A stretch of 64,000 nucleotides of DNA from an uncultured Chloroflexia bacterium (GTDB lineage: Bacteria > Chloroflexota > Chloroflexia > Thermomicrobiales > UBA6265), in assembly GCA_963724295.1 (NCBI GenBank), contig CAVRUC010000010.1:309309-373308 (forward strand). The letters run 5' to 3'. This document shows positions 31,640 to 41,932 of this stretch, one piece after another; the first letter of the stretch is position 1, and each line of letters opens with the position of its first letter. The notes under the pieces were generated by a model, which worked only from the letters and a program-made list of their open reading frames with translations, did no database searches and was not told where the DNA came from. The position numbers and the translations under genes are program-made.

Positions 31640-33103
31640 GTGGTACTAGAGCGAATCACGACGCCGCAGGTGAAGATCGGTGTCTTTGGCATCGGTCTGC
31701 ACGCTTACTGGGATCAATTTCCGGGGCTCAAGGAACGTCTCGAGGGCTATCAGCGCCACGTCGAGCAGCGGCTGCGTGCCCTCGGCGCGGAAGTCATCTC
31801 TGCCGGGCTGGTTGATACCGCCCCGGCGGCAAGAGAGGCCGGCGTCCGATTTACCCGGGAGGACGTCGATCTCATCGTCTGCTACGCCGGCACCTATGCC
31901 ACCTCCTCGCAAGTGGTCCCGGTCATACAGGGCATCAGCCGTCCGGTGCTCGTGCTGAATCTGCAGCCCACGCCCGCGCTCGACTACGAGCGGACCGATA
32001 CCGGCGAGTGGCTCGCTAACTGCTGTGTCTGTTGCGTGCCGGAGCTGGCCGGCACCTTCACCCGCTGCGGCATCCCCTTCAACGTCGTCAGCGGTCTGTT
32101 GCGAGAGGAAGACGGACTGGCCGGCGCTCGGGCCTGGGGAGAGATCGGCGACTGGGTGGCCGCCGCGGTCGCGGCACGGGCACTCCGCGGCGGGCGGCTG
32201 GGGTTCCTGGGCCACACCTACCCCGGCATGCTCGACCTCTACTCCGATTTCACCACGATCACCGCGCAAACCGGTCTCCACGTCGAGATCCTGGAGATCG
32301 ACGATCTGGAGGCCAGGGTCGGCGCCGCTACCCCGGACGAGGTCCGCCGGCACCTGGACGTAGTCCACGCGTCATTCCAGATCAGCGCGGACAGTCCTTC
32401 CGACCCGCTGGCCCGCGCCCCGCATCCCGATGACCTGGAGTGGGCCGCTCGCGTGGCGGCCGGTCTGGAGGCGCTGCGCCGCGACTTCGCGCTCGACGCC
32501 CTCGCGTACTACTACCGCGGGTTGGGTGGCAACGCCGCGGAGCGGCTCGGCGCCGGTCTGATCCTTGGCAACACCTTACTCACCGGACGCGGCGTGCCGT
32601 GTGCGGGCGAGGGCGATGCCAGGACCGCGATCGCGATGCTGATCATGGACCGGCTTGGGGCCGGCGGCTCCTTTACCGAGTTTGCCGCGATGGATTTCGT
32701 CGACGACTTCCTGCTGATGGGCCACGACGGACCCTTCCACCTCGCCATCGCCGAGGGCCGGCCCATCCTGCGGGGTCTGGAGCTGTTTCACGGCAAACGT
32801 GGCGGCGGCGTCTCGGTCGAGGCCCGGGTGAAAACCGGGCCGGTCACGATTCTGACCCTGACCCAGACGGCTGATGGCCGCCTGAAGTTGCTCACCGCCG
32901 AGGGCGAATCGCTCCCTGGCCCGACGCTCCGCGTCGGCAACACCACCTCGCGCATCGCCTTCCCGCTGCCCCCGGCCGAGTTCATCAATCGCTGGTGCAG
33001 CCACGGACCGACCCATCACTGCGCCCTGGGTGTTGGCCATCACGCCGCTCGCGTCGGTAAAGTCGCTCGCCTCCTCGGCCTCGAGGTGGTGCACGTAGGC
33101 TGA
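31640..33103 (+). CDS. L-fucose/L-arabinose isomerase family protein
   Basis: AGEGD, SFTEF, MGHDGP, GPTHHCALG. Confidence 0.88.
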   Translation: MVLERITTPQVKIGVFGIGLHAYWDQFPGLKERLEGYQRHVEQRLRALGAEVISAGLVDTAPAAREAGVRFTREDVDLIVCYAGTYATSSQVVPVIQGISRPVLVLNLQPTPALDYERTDTGEWLANCCVCCVPELAGTFTRCGIPFNVVSGLLREEDGLAGARAWGEIGDWVAAAVAARALRGGRLGFLGHTYPGMLDLYSDFTTITAQTGLHVEILEIDDLEARVGAATPDEVRRHLDVVHASFQISADSPSDPLARAPHPDDLEWAARVAAGLEALRRDFALDALAYYYRGLGGNAAERLGAGLILGNTLLTGRGVPCAGEGDARTAIAMLIMDRLGAGGSFTEFAAMDFVDDFLLMGHDGPFHLAIAEGRPILRGLELFHGKRGGGVSVEARVKTGPVTILTLTQTADGRLKLLTAEGESLPGPTLRVGNTTSRIAFPLPPAEFINRWCSHGPTHHCALGVGHHAARVGKVARLLGLEVVHVG

Positions 33104-33282
33104 CCGGTGGTGGCGCGCACTGTGGTTACCTTCCGAGGCCGTAGGCCCGGAGCGCTGGACTCGATTCTGCTAGGACACTGGTGTGAGACCCGGAGTTCAG
33201 CCGGGTAACCTTCGGGGGCACAGGAGGTTGGGGAGGCGAGGCGATCCTTCGCCGTCTTCACGTTCAAGCAGACAGGAGACTG

Positions 33283-34434
33283 ATGACCCAGCGTGACATC
33301 GTCGTGATCGGCGCCTCCGCCGGCGGCATCCAGGCCCTCACCACCCTGGTCGCGGGCCTTTCGCGGGACTTCCCGGCGTCGATCCTGGTCGTCGTTCACA
33401 TTCCGCCATACGCTGTCAGCCGGCTCCCCGAGATTCTGAGCCGGTCCGGCCCGCTGCTGGCCACTCACGCCCAGCAGGGCGAAGCCATTGCACCGGGTCG
33501 CATCTATGTCGCCCCGCCCGACCGCCATCTGCTCGTCCGCAGCGGCTGGATCGAGCTCTCCCGTGGACCGCGCGAGAATCACGCGCGGCCGGCGATCGAC
33601 CCAATGTTCCGCACGGCCGCCCGGGCCTATGGCCGGCGGACGGTCGGCGTCGTTCTCTCAGGCGCCCTCTACGATGGCAGCATGGGTCTGCTGGCAATCA
33701 AGACCCGAGGTGGCATGGCCATCGTGCAGGATCCCGGGGAGGCCAGCGTCGATAGCATGCCGCGCCGGGCGATCGAGCGCGCCGCGGCAGACCATATTTT
33801 GCCGGTGGCCGAGATAGCCACGGCGCTTACCGACCTCGTCCAGCAGCCCGTCATAGCCCAGGGAGAGAACACCATGGTGAACACGATTGACGCTGAAGAG
33901 CGGCTGGAGGCGGTTATCGCCGAGGATTTCGTGGAGCAGGCCAACGACGGGCGCCCCGAGGAGACGACGCTCTTCACCTGCCCGGACTGCGGCGGGGTGC
34001 TCTGGCAAGGTGGGGACGGACCGGTGCTTCGGTTCCGTTGTCACGTCGGTCATGCCTTTGCCCCGGAATTACTCCTCAGTCAGAAGTCCGAGGAGTTGGA
34101 GACGGCGCTCTGGTCGAGTCTGCGGCTGCTCAAAGAGAAGGCGACGCTGACGTTGCAGCTCGCCAACCGCACTCGTACCTCCGGCAATGGCAAGGGGGCA
34201 CAGGCGGCGGAACGGATTGCGGAACAAGCCAAACTGGATCAGCGGCATGCGCAGGTGATCCAGGAGCTGCTGGAGGCCATGCCAAGTCCGATGGACCAGG
34301 CCGCGGTGGTGACCCATGCCATGAACGAGGGAGTGATCGCGGTTCACGGCGAAGCGGTTGGTGGCGGCCGGGCTACGAGCACCGACGTGATTGCTACGGC
34401 AGGACGTGAGGGAGAATCCTCACTCCCGTCCTGA
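33283..34434 (+). CDS. CheB-like methylesterase with C-terminal Cys/His extension
   Basis: IGASAGG, VVH, RPAIDPMF, LSGALYDG; CPDCGG...RCHVGH. Confidence 0.9.
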   Translation: MTQRDIVVIGASAGGIQALTTLVAGLSRDFPASILVVVHIPPYAVSRLPEILSRSGPLLATHAQQGEAIAPGRIYVAPPDRHLLVRSGWIELSRGPRENHARPAIDPMFRTAARAYGRRTVGVVLSGALYDGSMGLLAIKTRGGMAIVQDPGEASVDSMPRRAIERAAADHILPVAEIATALTDLVQQPVIAQGENTMVNTIDAEERLEAVIAEDFVEQANDGRPEETTLFTCPDCGGVLWQGGDGPVLRFRCHVGHAFAPELLLSQKSEELETALWSSLRLLKEKATLTLQLANRTRTSGNGKGAQAAERIAEQAKLDQRHAQVIQELLEAMPSPMDQAAVVTHAMNEGVIAVHGEAVGGGRATSTDVIATAGREGESSLPS

Positions 34435-34602
34435 ATCACTGGTTCTTCCTTCTACAGCCCACTGTTCCATTCGCTTCCGACTCAGCAAGAACTCGGGAGT
34501 TCCTCATCCAGAGCCCCAAGTCTCGGCTCGCGCCGCTGGCACGCCACCTGCGTACGTACATCTGTGCCCCGCACCGTCAAGAATCGTGAGGAGGATCAAT
34601 TC

Positions 34603-35142
34603 GTGTCTATTGGTACGATGCGCGAGCTATTCGTGCATGAGCTGTCGGATGCGATGAGCGCGGAGCAGCAGATTCTGAAGATGCTGCCAGAGCTGCGCAA
34701 AGAAGCGCTCCATCCGGAGCTGACGCAAGCCCTCAAAGAGCACGAGCAAGAGACGAAGGCGCAGATCAAGAATCTGGAAGAAGTTTTCAAGCAGATCGGT
34801 GAGAAGCCGGAGGAGACGACCTGCTTCGGCGTGAAAGGGCTGGCGGACGAGCATCAGGCGCTCCACGAGGAGGATCCCTCACCGGAGATGCTGGAGATGG
34901 CGAACGTCAGCGGTGCAGAGAAGACCGAGCATTACGAGATGGTGATGTACACCGGCCTCATCCAGATGGCAAAGGATCTCGGAGAGCGGGACGCCGCTCA
35001 ACTCCTGCAGGAGAACCTCGACCAGGAGAAGGCGATGGCCAAGCGGGTGGAAGCGCTCTCGAAGGAGCTGAGCAAGCAGGCCAAGAGCCGGGAAGCCGAG
35101 AAGGAGAGCGAGCTGGTCGGCGCCCGCTCCGGCCGCAAGTAA
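34603..35142 (+). CDS. YciE/YciF (DUF892) ferritin-like stress protein
   Basis: ELSDAMSAEQQ, HEQET, EHYE, ENLDQE; RBS GAGGAGG. Confidence 0.9.
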   Translation: MSIGTMRELFVHELSDAMSAEQQILKMLPELRKEALHPELTQALKEHEQETKAQIKNLEEVFKQIGEKPEETTCFGVKGLADEHQALHEEDPSPEMLEMANVSGAEKTEHYEMVMYTGLIQMAKDLGERDAAQLLQENLDQEKAMAKRVEALSKELSKQAKSREAEKESELVGARSGRK

Positions 35143-35178
35143 GAGCTTCACAACGATCGCCACTTTCGCCCGAGAGTA

Positions 35179-35207
35179 TTGACAACGCGGCACGCAGGGT
35201 GTACGTT
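35179..35207 (+). promoter_or_regulatory. sigma70-type promoter
   Basis: TTGACA-17bp-TACGTT; conserved in the second copy at 42817. Confidence 0.7.
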
Positions 35208-35213
35208 CACTCT

Positions 35214-35312
35214 AACGCCAAACGCGGAGGGAACCCAGTTCCCGAAGCGGATGGCGCGGCAGACGCCGACGAGGCTCGCGCGAAAGCGCTGGACTTGTCG
35301 GCGTCTTGCTAT
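35214..35312 (+). ncRNA. candidate structured small RNA, copy 1
   Basis: Two hairpins conserved with the copy at 42852-42955; GAAA tetraloop; no conserved ORF. Confidence 0.6.
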
Positions 35313-35443
35313 GTCCCTCGCTTCGTGAACTCCGTCGGTGATTGATTCCGGCTTTGCAGAGACCTGGGTAGAGCCGGTACGAACCGGCACCGAGGCAAGG
35401 CCGATCCCCTATCACCCCAACACCCTGCACCCCGACACCCACG

Positions 35444-36544
35444 TCAGATGATGATGTTGCAACCCAGGAAGCCGTCGGAGTAGCCGAGCAGGATCGATTG
35501 GCTGCGCTGCGCGCCGGTGCCGTGGGCCTGCGGATCGTACTCGGCAATGAACCCCGGGTCGCCCAGGGTGTTGACCGTGAACTCGACCGTGGCGTCGATG
35601 TCACCGGTCTCCAGCGCTCCGCGCGAATCGAGGTCCTGCGCCCAGGAGCCACTCATGCAGTCGGCCATCAGCTCCAGCTCGATGGAGTAGACCTCCTCCC
35701 AGCTATCCGGCCTGTCCCCCGGTCCAACCCGCTCCAGACCCACGGAATCCTGGACGTGGTGCGCCCACTCGTGGGCGATGACGAAAGCGGGAATGAAGTC
35801 ATCCGACTGACCGATCTCCATTAACTTGGCTTCCTCGAGGTAGATCGTCTCATTGGGCGGGCAATAGAACGCGTAGAACCCGGTCGCGGCCGGTCCGCAG
35901 GCCGTGTTGACGCGGTCGCCGGGGGCGACGAGCACTACCCCTGGAGAGTGGTAGGGGGTCGGCGTGTAGGAGAGGACGTCGGCGTAGAATGCATCGAGGT
36001 CGTCGACGACATTCTGGATGAGGTCTCCCTCCGTGATCGGCTGCGATTGCTGGCCGTAGGTCTCGATTGCCTGCTGCACGGTCTCCGCGCTACTGCCGAA
36101 GAACCAGCGCCACTCGCCACCACTCTCGACGAGATACATGTCATCTTCCAGCCAGGTCTGCTGATTGTTCTCATCGACAAAGGGCTGGATGAATGAGATT
36201 TTGGCCGCGTAGGGGTACTCGGTCCCCGTCACTCCCCACGTCCAGGGCACCATTTCGACGCCGGTGATCTGGGCCTGCCCGGCCTGAGCTTCCGTGTAGA
36301 CATCGGTGAAGGTGCCGACCGCCGCCGCGCGAGGCACAACCGCCATGGCGTCGGGATGCATGTAGTCGTACATCGTGTTGAACTTCCGTTCTCCAGCCAG
36401 GCGCAAGATCTCGGTCGCCGTCGCCGCGGCGTTCGCGCGGTCGTGGTTGACGTCGCGCTCCGGCTCCTGCGCCGCCCCATGCATCGCCGCGCCGGGGGCG
36501 AGCAAGGTCATGGCGACGATGAAGACTGACACGAGGTAACGCAT
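35444..36544 (-). CDS. secreted neutral zinc metallopeptidase (YpfJ-like) with N-terminal domain
   Basis: Signal peptide; TACG, FYCP, VIAHEWAHHVQ, ELMADC, HGT. Confidence 0.88.
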   Translation of the reverse strand: MRYLVSVFIVAMTLLAPGAAMHGAAQEPERDVNHDRANAAATATEILRLAGERKFNTMYDYMHPDAMAVVPRAAAVGTFTDVYTEAQAGQAQITGVEMVPWTWGVTGTEYPYAAKISFIQPFVDENNQQTWLEDDMYLVESGGEWRWFFGSSAETVQQAIETYGQQSQPITEGDLIQNVVDDLDAFYADVLSYTPTPYHSPGVVLVAPGDRVNTACGPAATGFYAFYCPPNETIYLEEAKLMEIGQSDDFIPAFVIAHEWAHHVQDSVGLERVGPGDRPDSWEEVYSIELELMADCMSGSWAQDLDSRGALETGDIDATVEFTVNTLGDPGFIAEYDPQAHGTGAQRSQSILLGYSDGFLGCNIII

Positions 36545-36782
36545 CCGACGTCCTTTCGTTATGTTGTCCCTGGCCGAGCGGGCGCACTTCTTGCTTTGAG
36601 TCAGATGGTCACGCGGCTTGCCGGCAGCAGTTGGTTCCGCCACGGTTGGGGTGGTGCTCCCGATCGCCGCTGCTTCCAATGATACCGATAGAAACGGGCG
36701 CCGCGATGGACCCAGCATGTGCCGCCGGGGGTAGGGTGCGGATACCCGCGGTGAGCCAGCACGAAGGAGAACAGGGAAAACG

Positions 36783-37619
36783 ATGACCGAAAAGAAGCTC
36801 AAGGGACTGTTCGGAGGCGGGGAAGCGGATGACGCTCAGGGCGGGCAACGCGCGGAAAGGCAAGCCCGGCGCGCCGCTCGCGGCGATGGTGGCGGTCGCG
36901 GTGGACAGCGGCGACAACGCAGTCCGGAAGAAGTCGCCCAGGCCGAGGACTTTATCAACCGCTACACCACTGGCAACCCCTCCGAGGGTTTCTCGTCGGA
37001 AGAAGCGGTCAACTACTTGCGCCAGGTCCGCAGTGAAGCACCGCCCGAGGTGATGCAGCGCGCGGCCGTGGAGACAGTCCGCAATCTCCCCGACGACCAG
37101 CGCAAAGCCTTCGCCGAAATGTTGCAGCGGCGGCAGGCGGGCACGGGAATGGTCACCATCGAGCGCACCGGCCAGGCGCGCGAGGCCCAAGGCCGCAGCG
37201 GAGGCCAATCCGGCGGCGGCATGGACGACATGTTGGGCGGTCTCTTCGGCGGCCTCTTCGGCGGTGGCATGACCCAACCGGAGCCGTACCCGCAGCCGCG
37301 CCAGTCACCGCAAGGCCAGGGTGGTTTTGGTGCGGACGACATGCTCGGCGGGTTGCTGGGTGGTCTCCTGGGCGGCGGCATGACGCAGCAACAGCCGCGC
37401 GGATACAGCCAGTCTGACAACAATCCTTTTGATGATCTCTTCGGGGGCATGTTTGGAGGCGGGGACGACGACCAGGTACCGCAGCGACGGCAGCAGCCCC
37501 AGGCACAACAGGGCGGGGGCGTCGACGAAATCCTGAGCAGTCCGCTGGGTAAAGCCGTCCTGGGTGGTATAGCAGCCTTCGCCATGAAAGAGATGATGGA
37601 CCGGGACGGCCGGCTCTAG
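36783..37619 (+). CDS. Gly/Gln-rich hypothetical protein
   Basis: Repeated DD(M/L)(L/F)GG(L/M)(F/L)GG units; C-terminal SPLGKAVLGGIAAFAMK. Confidence 0.8.
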   Translation: MTEKKLKGLFGGGEADDAQGGQRAERQARRAARGDGGGRGGQRRQRSPEEVAQAEDFINRYTTGNPSEGFSSEEAVNYLRQVRSEAPPEVMQRAAVETVRNLPDDQRKAFAEMLQRRQAGTGMVTIERTGQAREAQGRSGGQSGGGMDDMLGGLFGGLFGGGMTQPEPYPQPRQSPQGQGGFGADDMLGGLLGGLLGGGMTQQQPRGYSQSDNNPFDDLFGGMFGGGDDDQVPQRRQQPQAQQGGGVDEILSSPLGKAVLGGIAAFAMKEMMDRDGRL

Positions 37620-37652
37620 CGCGGATCGAGTGTTCTGACCGATCCTTGATGC

Positions 37653-37904
37653 GTGCCGAAATACGACTACGCCTGCCCTGAATGCGGGGCAACGCACGAA
37701 CGGGAGCGGCCGATGTCAGACGCGGCCGCTCCCGCGGCGTGTCCGGTCTGCGGCATCGCGGCGGCACGCGTCTACACGGTGCCGAAATTGCTCTTCAAAG
37801 CAGACCCGCGTGACGTCCGCCCCGTCTGGCACAACCACGACGGATACTCGCACCAACATGCGCCTCGAAGGGGTCGTCATCGGACGCCGAGTGAGGATCA
37901 TTGA
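37653..37904 (+). CDS. FmdB-family zinc-ribbon protein
   Basis: MPKYDYACPECG...CPVCG. Confidence 0.8.
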   Translation: MPKYDYACPECGATHERERPMSDAAAPAACPVCGIAAARVYTVPKLLFKADPRDVRPVWHNHDGYSHQHAPRRGRHRTPSEDH

Positions 37905-38085
37905 GTGGGTTGTCGAGATTGATCTGGATCGTGGTCGAGAATCGGGGGTCGTGATCTTTGCCCCAGACCGTTGCGCTCTACATAGAGAGCAAATTGCGCG
38001 AGACGCTTCTGTTCGTACGTTAGATTGTTGCCAGACCCTGTTCCGGTCTGAGACAGCATGCTCGCTGCAGTAGAGTACGGTCGTC

Positions 38086-38883
38086 ATGTCGACTCCGACG
38101 TCCGAAGCAGGTACCCAACACCCGGCGGCAATGCGCGTCGCGATCGTAACCGGGGCCGCGCGGGGGCTTGGTCTGGATATCGCCCGGCGGCTGTTGCGAG
38201 ACGGCATGGCCGTGGTCATGGCCGACGTCGATGAGGGTGTGTCCGATGCGGCGGCGCGGCGCGGCAGCCCCGCCATTGCCGCCGTCTGCGATGTGCGCGA
38301 CGCAAGGCAGGTCGATTCCCTGGTTGAGACGACCGTCACGCGACTGGGACGCCTCGATCTCTTCGTGGCCAACGCCGGTGTTGGCAGTGGCGGCCCGATC
38401 GCCGAGACGAGCGATGACGCGTACCGCCAAATCGTCGGCGTCAACCTCGACGGCGCCTTCTTCAGCTGCCGGGCGGCTGCCCGCGCCATGATTCCCGCCA
38501 GAGCGGGGTGCATCGTGACGCTCGGCTCCATCTTCGGTCGTGACACGCCGGCCGGGTCGGGCGTCTATGGGGCCACCAAGGCGGGAGTGATCGCTCTCAC
38601 GCACGCGCTCGCCCGCGAGCTCGGGCCCCACGGCATTCGCGTCAATTGCGTCTGCCCGGGCAACATGGCCACCGAGATGCATTGGGCGGCATTGCGCCGG
38701 CGCGGCGCGGCCGCGGGCGTGCCGTTCGAGCGCGTCGTCGAGGAAGTCCGGGCCAGTATCCCGCTCGGCAGGCACGGCACCGGCGACGACATTGGCGCCG
38801 TCGTAAGCTTTCTCGCCTCCGATGATGCGGCATACATCACCGGGCAAACCATCAACGTCGACGGCGGTTACCAGCCTATCTAG
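38086..38883 (+). CDS. SDR family oxidoreductase
   Basis: TGAARGLG, NAG, YGATK, VDGG. Confidence 0.92.
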   Translation: MSTPTSEAGTQHPAAMRVAIVTGAARGLGLDIARRLLRDGMAVVMADVDEGVSDAAARRGSPAIAAVCDVRDARQVDSLVETTVTRLGRLDLFVANAGVGSGGPIAETSDDAYRQIVGVNLDGAFFSCRAAARAMIPARAGCIVTLGSIFGRDTPAGSGVYGATKAGVIALTHALARELGPHGIRVNCVCPGNMATEMHWAALRRRGAAAGVPFERVVEEVRASIPLGRHGTGDDIGAVVSFLASDDAAYITGQTINVDGGYQPI

Positions 38884-38890
38884 GTGCACG

Positions 38891-39681
38891 ATGTCGATCC
38901 AGCTTGATTTCAGCGGTGAGATCGTGCTCGTCAGCGGCGGCGCAACGGGTCTCGGGTTCGCCACCGCCCGGGCCTTTGGCCTCCACGGCGCCACGGTCGC
39001 CCTCAACGACCTGACCGAGGATCGGGTTGAGGCGGCGTGTGAACGGCTCCGGCAGGAGTCGATTGCCTGCCGCGGGTACGTGGCGGATGTCCGCGACGCC
39101 GGCGCGGTTTCGGCGCTGGTCACCACGCTCGAGGACGAGCTGGGTGCGCCGAGATGTCGCCGTCGCAAATGCGGGTCTCTACCCCAACACACCCTTCCTC
39201 GAGATGTCCGAGACCGAATGGGACCGGGTCATCGACACCAATCTCAAGGGGGTCTTCCTCATCTGCCAGGCCGCGGCGCGATCGATGGTCCGAGCCGGCA
39301 AAGCGGGGCGGATCATCGTCGTCAGCTCGACCGCCGCGCGACGAGCCATCTGGGGCTGGTCACACTACTGCACATCCAAGGCAGCCACGGTCATGCTGAC
39401 GAGCGCGATGGCGCTGGAGCTGGGAAGGCACGGCATCCGCGTCAATGCCGTGCTTCCGGGGTACATCGACGTCGCGGATGGAGGCCGAGCACCTCTCCCT
39501 CGCCTACCGGGAAGGAGCGCGCAGCGCCGCCTCACTCGGGCGCCCCGGGACGCCGGAAGACGTGGCGCGGGGCGTGCTGATGCTGGCGTCACCTCTGGCC
39601 GAGTACATCAACGGCGCCGCTGTCGTGATCGATGGCGGAGCGAGTGCGGGACCTGTCGGTCTCCGGGTCGTCGACTCGTAG
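38891..39681 (+). pseudogene. SDR family oxidoreductase with two +1 frameshifts (or sequencing errors)
   Basis: SGGATGLG, then NAG/YCTSK, then YINGAAVVIDGG in three successive frames; shifts at ~39150 and ~39488. Confidence 0.8.
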
Positions 39682-39736
39682 CACATACCGGCTACGTCGA
39701 CATCGAAGAAACGGAAGTCCTCCGCTGAGGCCCGCA

Positions 39737-40027
39737 CTAGCGGCTCGCGTGCTGAGCCATGTGTGTTGCGACATTCATCGGCTCGGGGGTCGTGATGTTC
39801 AGAGATGCCTCCGCCGTCAGGGACGCGGCGATCTCCGGTTGCAACCTGGTAGCTGTTCCCGCGGCGATGGCTGTCCGAGCCGCCTCCAGCGGAGTCGGCG
39901 TCCGAGTGCCAAAGAGCGCAACCCGCGTCTCCGTGAAGCGTGTCTCGGGTGACGCGCCACCACAACCGCTCACGACGAGGGTGAGAGCGAGACCGGCGAG
40001 GAGTACCCAGACGGAACGCGAGAGCAC
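39737..40027 (-). CDS. putative small lipoprotein
   Basis: Hydrophobic stretch and VSGC lipobox; start uncertain. Confidence 0.45.
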   Translation of the reverse strand: MLSRSVWVLLAGLALTLVVSGCGGASPETRFTETRVALFGTRTPTPLEAARTAIAAGTATRLQPEIAASLTAEASLNITTPEPMNVATHMAQHASR

Positions 40028-40369
40028 TAGGGCTTGGGGGGATGAGAGGGCCGATCCATGCGGCCCTGCTTGCACAATGGGGTCCAGGCCACATACTCGA
40101 GTCCGCCATAGCCCGACTCCACCGGTACCGGAGTAAACAACTGCTCGCCGGGAGCCGTTGGCGCGGATCCTGCAACTCTCGCCCACCGGCCGGGAAGATC
40201 TTGCCCTGCGGCATTCGGGCGGCTGCCGGTGAGCAAGCTGGCCAGGGTCTTGCCAGTTGCAACGCTAAAGAGCAAATCAGACCGCGGCGCGGGCGCGTGG
40301 TGAGGTGGGATGGCGCAGGTCCTCAAACGGCACTACACAACATCCAGCTGGTCCATTCGTCGACTGACG

Positions 40370-41932
40370 ATGTCGACCGCCGATCGCATGCTCTGGCTGC
40401 TCGTGCTGGTCGCGGCAGCCGGATGGAGCCTGGTCGCGCGGTGGTATTCGCTGCCGGCCAATGAGACGAATACGCACTTTGCCTTCGAGAAGATTCCGGG
40501 AGGCTTCGCCTCGCCGATCCTGCGAGGCACCCTCCTCCTCTTCCTCATGATGGGCGCCATCTACGCCGGTGGCTACTTCCTCTTGTCTCGTCAGGAACGC
40601 GTCTCATCGGGTGCGAGATTCGCTATCGTGGCCATGGTCTGTCTCCCGGCGATCGCCAATCTGTTCGTCTATCCGGTTGGCGCGCTGGACGTTTTCAACT
40701 ACATGATCGAGCTGAAACTCGCCTACGGCTACGGCGAGAATCCTTACCTGGTGACCTTTGCCGGGTATCGCGACGACCCCTTTGCTCTACCGGCGTTCCT
40801 GGTCGATGTTCCCCTGTTCTATGGACCCGTCTGGCTGATCGCCTACGGGCTCCCGGTTGCGCTGGTCGGGTTTCAATCGATCATCGGGCTCCTCGGCGCG
40901 CTGAAACTCTTCAATCTGGGTTTGCTGGCGCTGACCGGGCTGGTGATCTACCGATCGCATCAGGATGACCGTGCCGGGTGGCTCGGCGTCTATCTGTTCC
41001 TGGCCAATCCCCTGGTTCTGTTCGAAGGGGTTGGGAACGCCCATAACGACGTGCTGATGACGCTGTTCCTCGTCGCGGCGCTGGTCGCGTTCCACCGCAA
41101 GTCGGTCATCGCCGGGCCCATGTTCGCGCTCTCGGCATTGGTCAAGCCCTTCACGATCGTCCTCGCCCCACTGCTCCTGGCTGTCATGCTGAGAGGTCGT
41201 TGGGGATGGCGCCGGCTCGCACTCGCTGGGTCACTCGCGCTGCTGGTCGTGGTGGTCGCGGTGATGCCGTACTGGGCTGACGGCGCCATGATCGACGGGC
41301 TGCGGGAGGGAACGGCCAAATCCCAGGAGATGAACCATGTCTCCGTGCTGTCGCTGGCTCAGCAGGCCGTCAGCACCAACTCCGTCTCGTCCGGGTTCGC
41401 TCCGCTCTTTGCCATCGGGAGCGGCTCGCCATCCTCACCAGCCAGTGAGTCATCGATCTTACCGGCCTGGCAGACCAAAACCACGTTTGGGCTCCCCTCC
41501 GTAGCGGTGAGACGGGCCCTCGTCACCCAGGTCTGTCTCGCGGTCTTCGTCGTCCTGGCCCTGGCCATTGCCGTGGCCGTCGCCCGCGGACGCGTGATGG
41601 AGGCGGGGGTCGTCGCTACGCTGATGCTCTTCTCACTCCTCCTGACCAACCTCTACCCCTGGTACCTGATCCCGATGGTGGCCTGCGTAGCGCTGTGGCA
41701 AAGCCGGCGGGGTCTCGGCTACGTCTTCATCGGCACGACTCTGGGGCTAGCGTATTACCCGGCGTATGTCTACGCGCGCTTCGGCTCGGGATGGGACGAG
41801 CTCACCATCCACCTCTTCCTGGCGCTCTTCCTGACCGTACCGATGCTCATCTATCTCATCGCCGAAGCCGCTGGCTTTGTGATCCGGTTGCCCAACCGCC
41901 GCTTGGCAAACGATCAGCCGTTGCCAGTCTGA
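40370..41932 (+). CDS. GT-C membrane glycosyltransferase (MptA/B-like)
   Basis: DVFNY..., NPY, YGP, NPL..EGVGNAHND, K, YPWY; multi-TM. Confidence 0.8.
   Translation: MSTADRMLWLLVLVAAAGWSLVARWYSLPANETNTHFAFEKIPGGFASPILRGTLLLFLMMGAIYAGGYFLLSRQERVSSGARFAIVAMVCLPAIANLFVYPVGALDVFNYMIELKLAYGYGENPYLVTFAGYRDDPFALPAFLVDVPLFYGPVWLIAYGLPVALVGFQSIIGLLGALKLFNLGLLALTGLVIYRSHQDDRAGWLGVYLFLANPLVLFEGVGNAHNDVLMTLFLVAALVAFHRKSVIAGPMFALSALVKPFTIVLAPLLLAVMLRGRWGWRRLALAGSLALLVVVVAVMPYWADGAMIDGLREGTAKSQEMNHVSVLSLAQQAVSTNSVSSGFAPLFAIGSGSPSSPASESSILPAWQTKTTFGLPSVAVRRALVTQVCLAVFVVLALAIAVAVARGRVMEAGVVATLMLFSLLLTNLYPWYLIPMVACVALWQSRRGLGYVFIGTTLGLAYYPAYVYARFGSGWDELTIHLFLALFLTVPMLIYLIAEAAGFVIRLPNRRLANDQPLPV

Noticed and set aside
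33183..33210. SigB/SigF-like promoter (GGGTAA) upstream of cheB
   Set aside because: The -35 element is too weak to support from sequence alone.
35251..35328. 25-aa ORF MARQTPTRLARKR... as a type I toxin or leader peptide
   Set aside because: Not hydrophobic, and the start codon is absent from the second copy.
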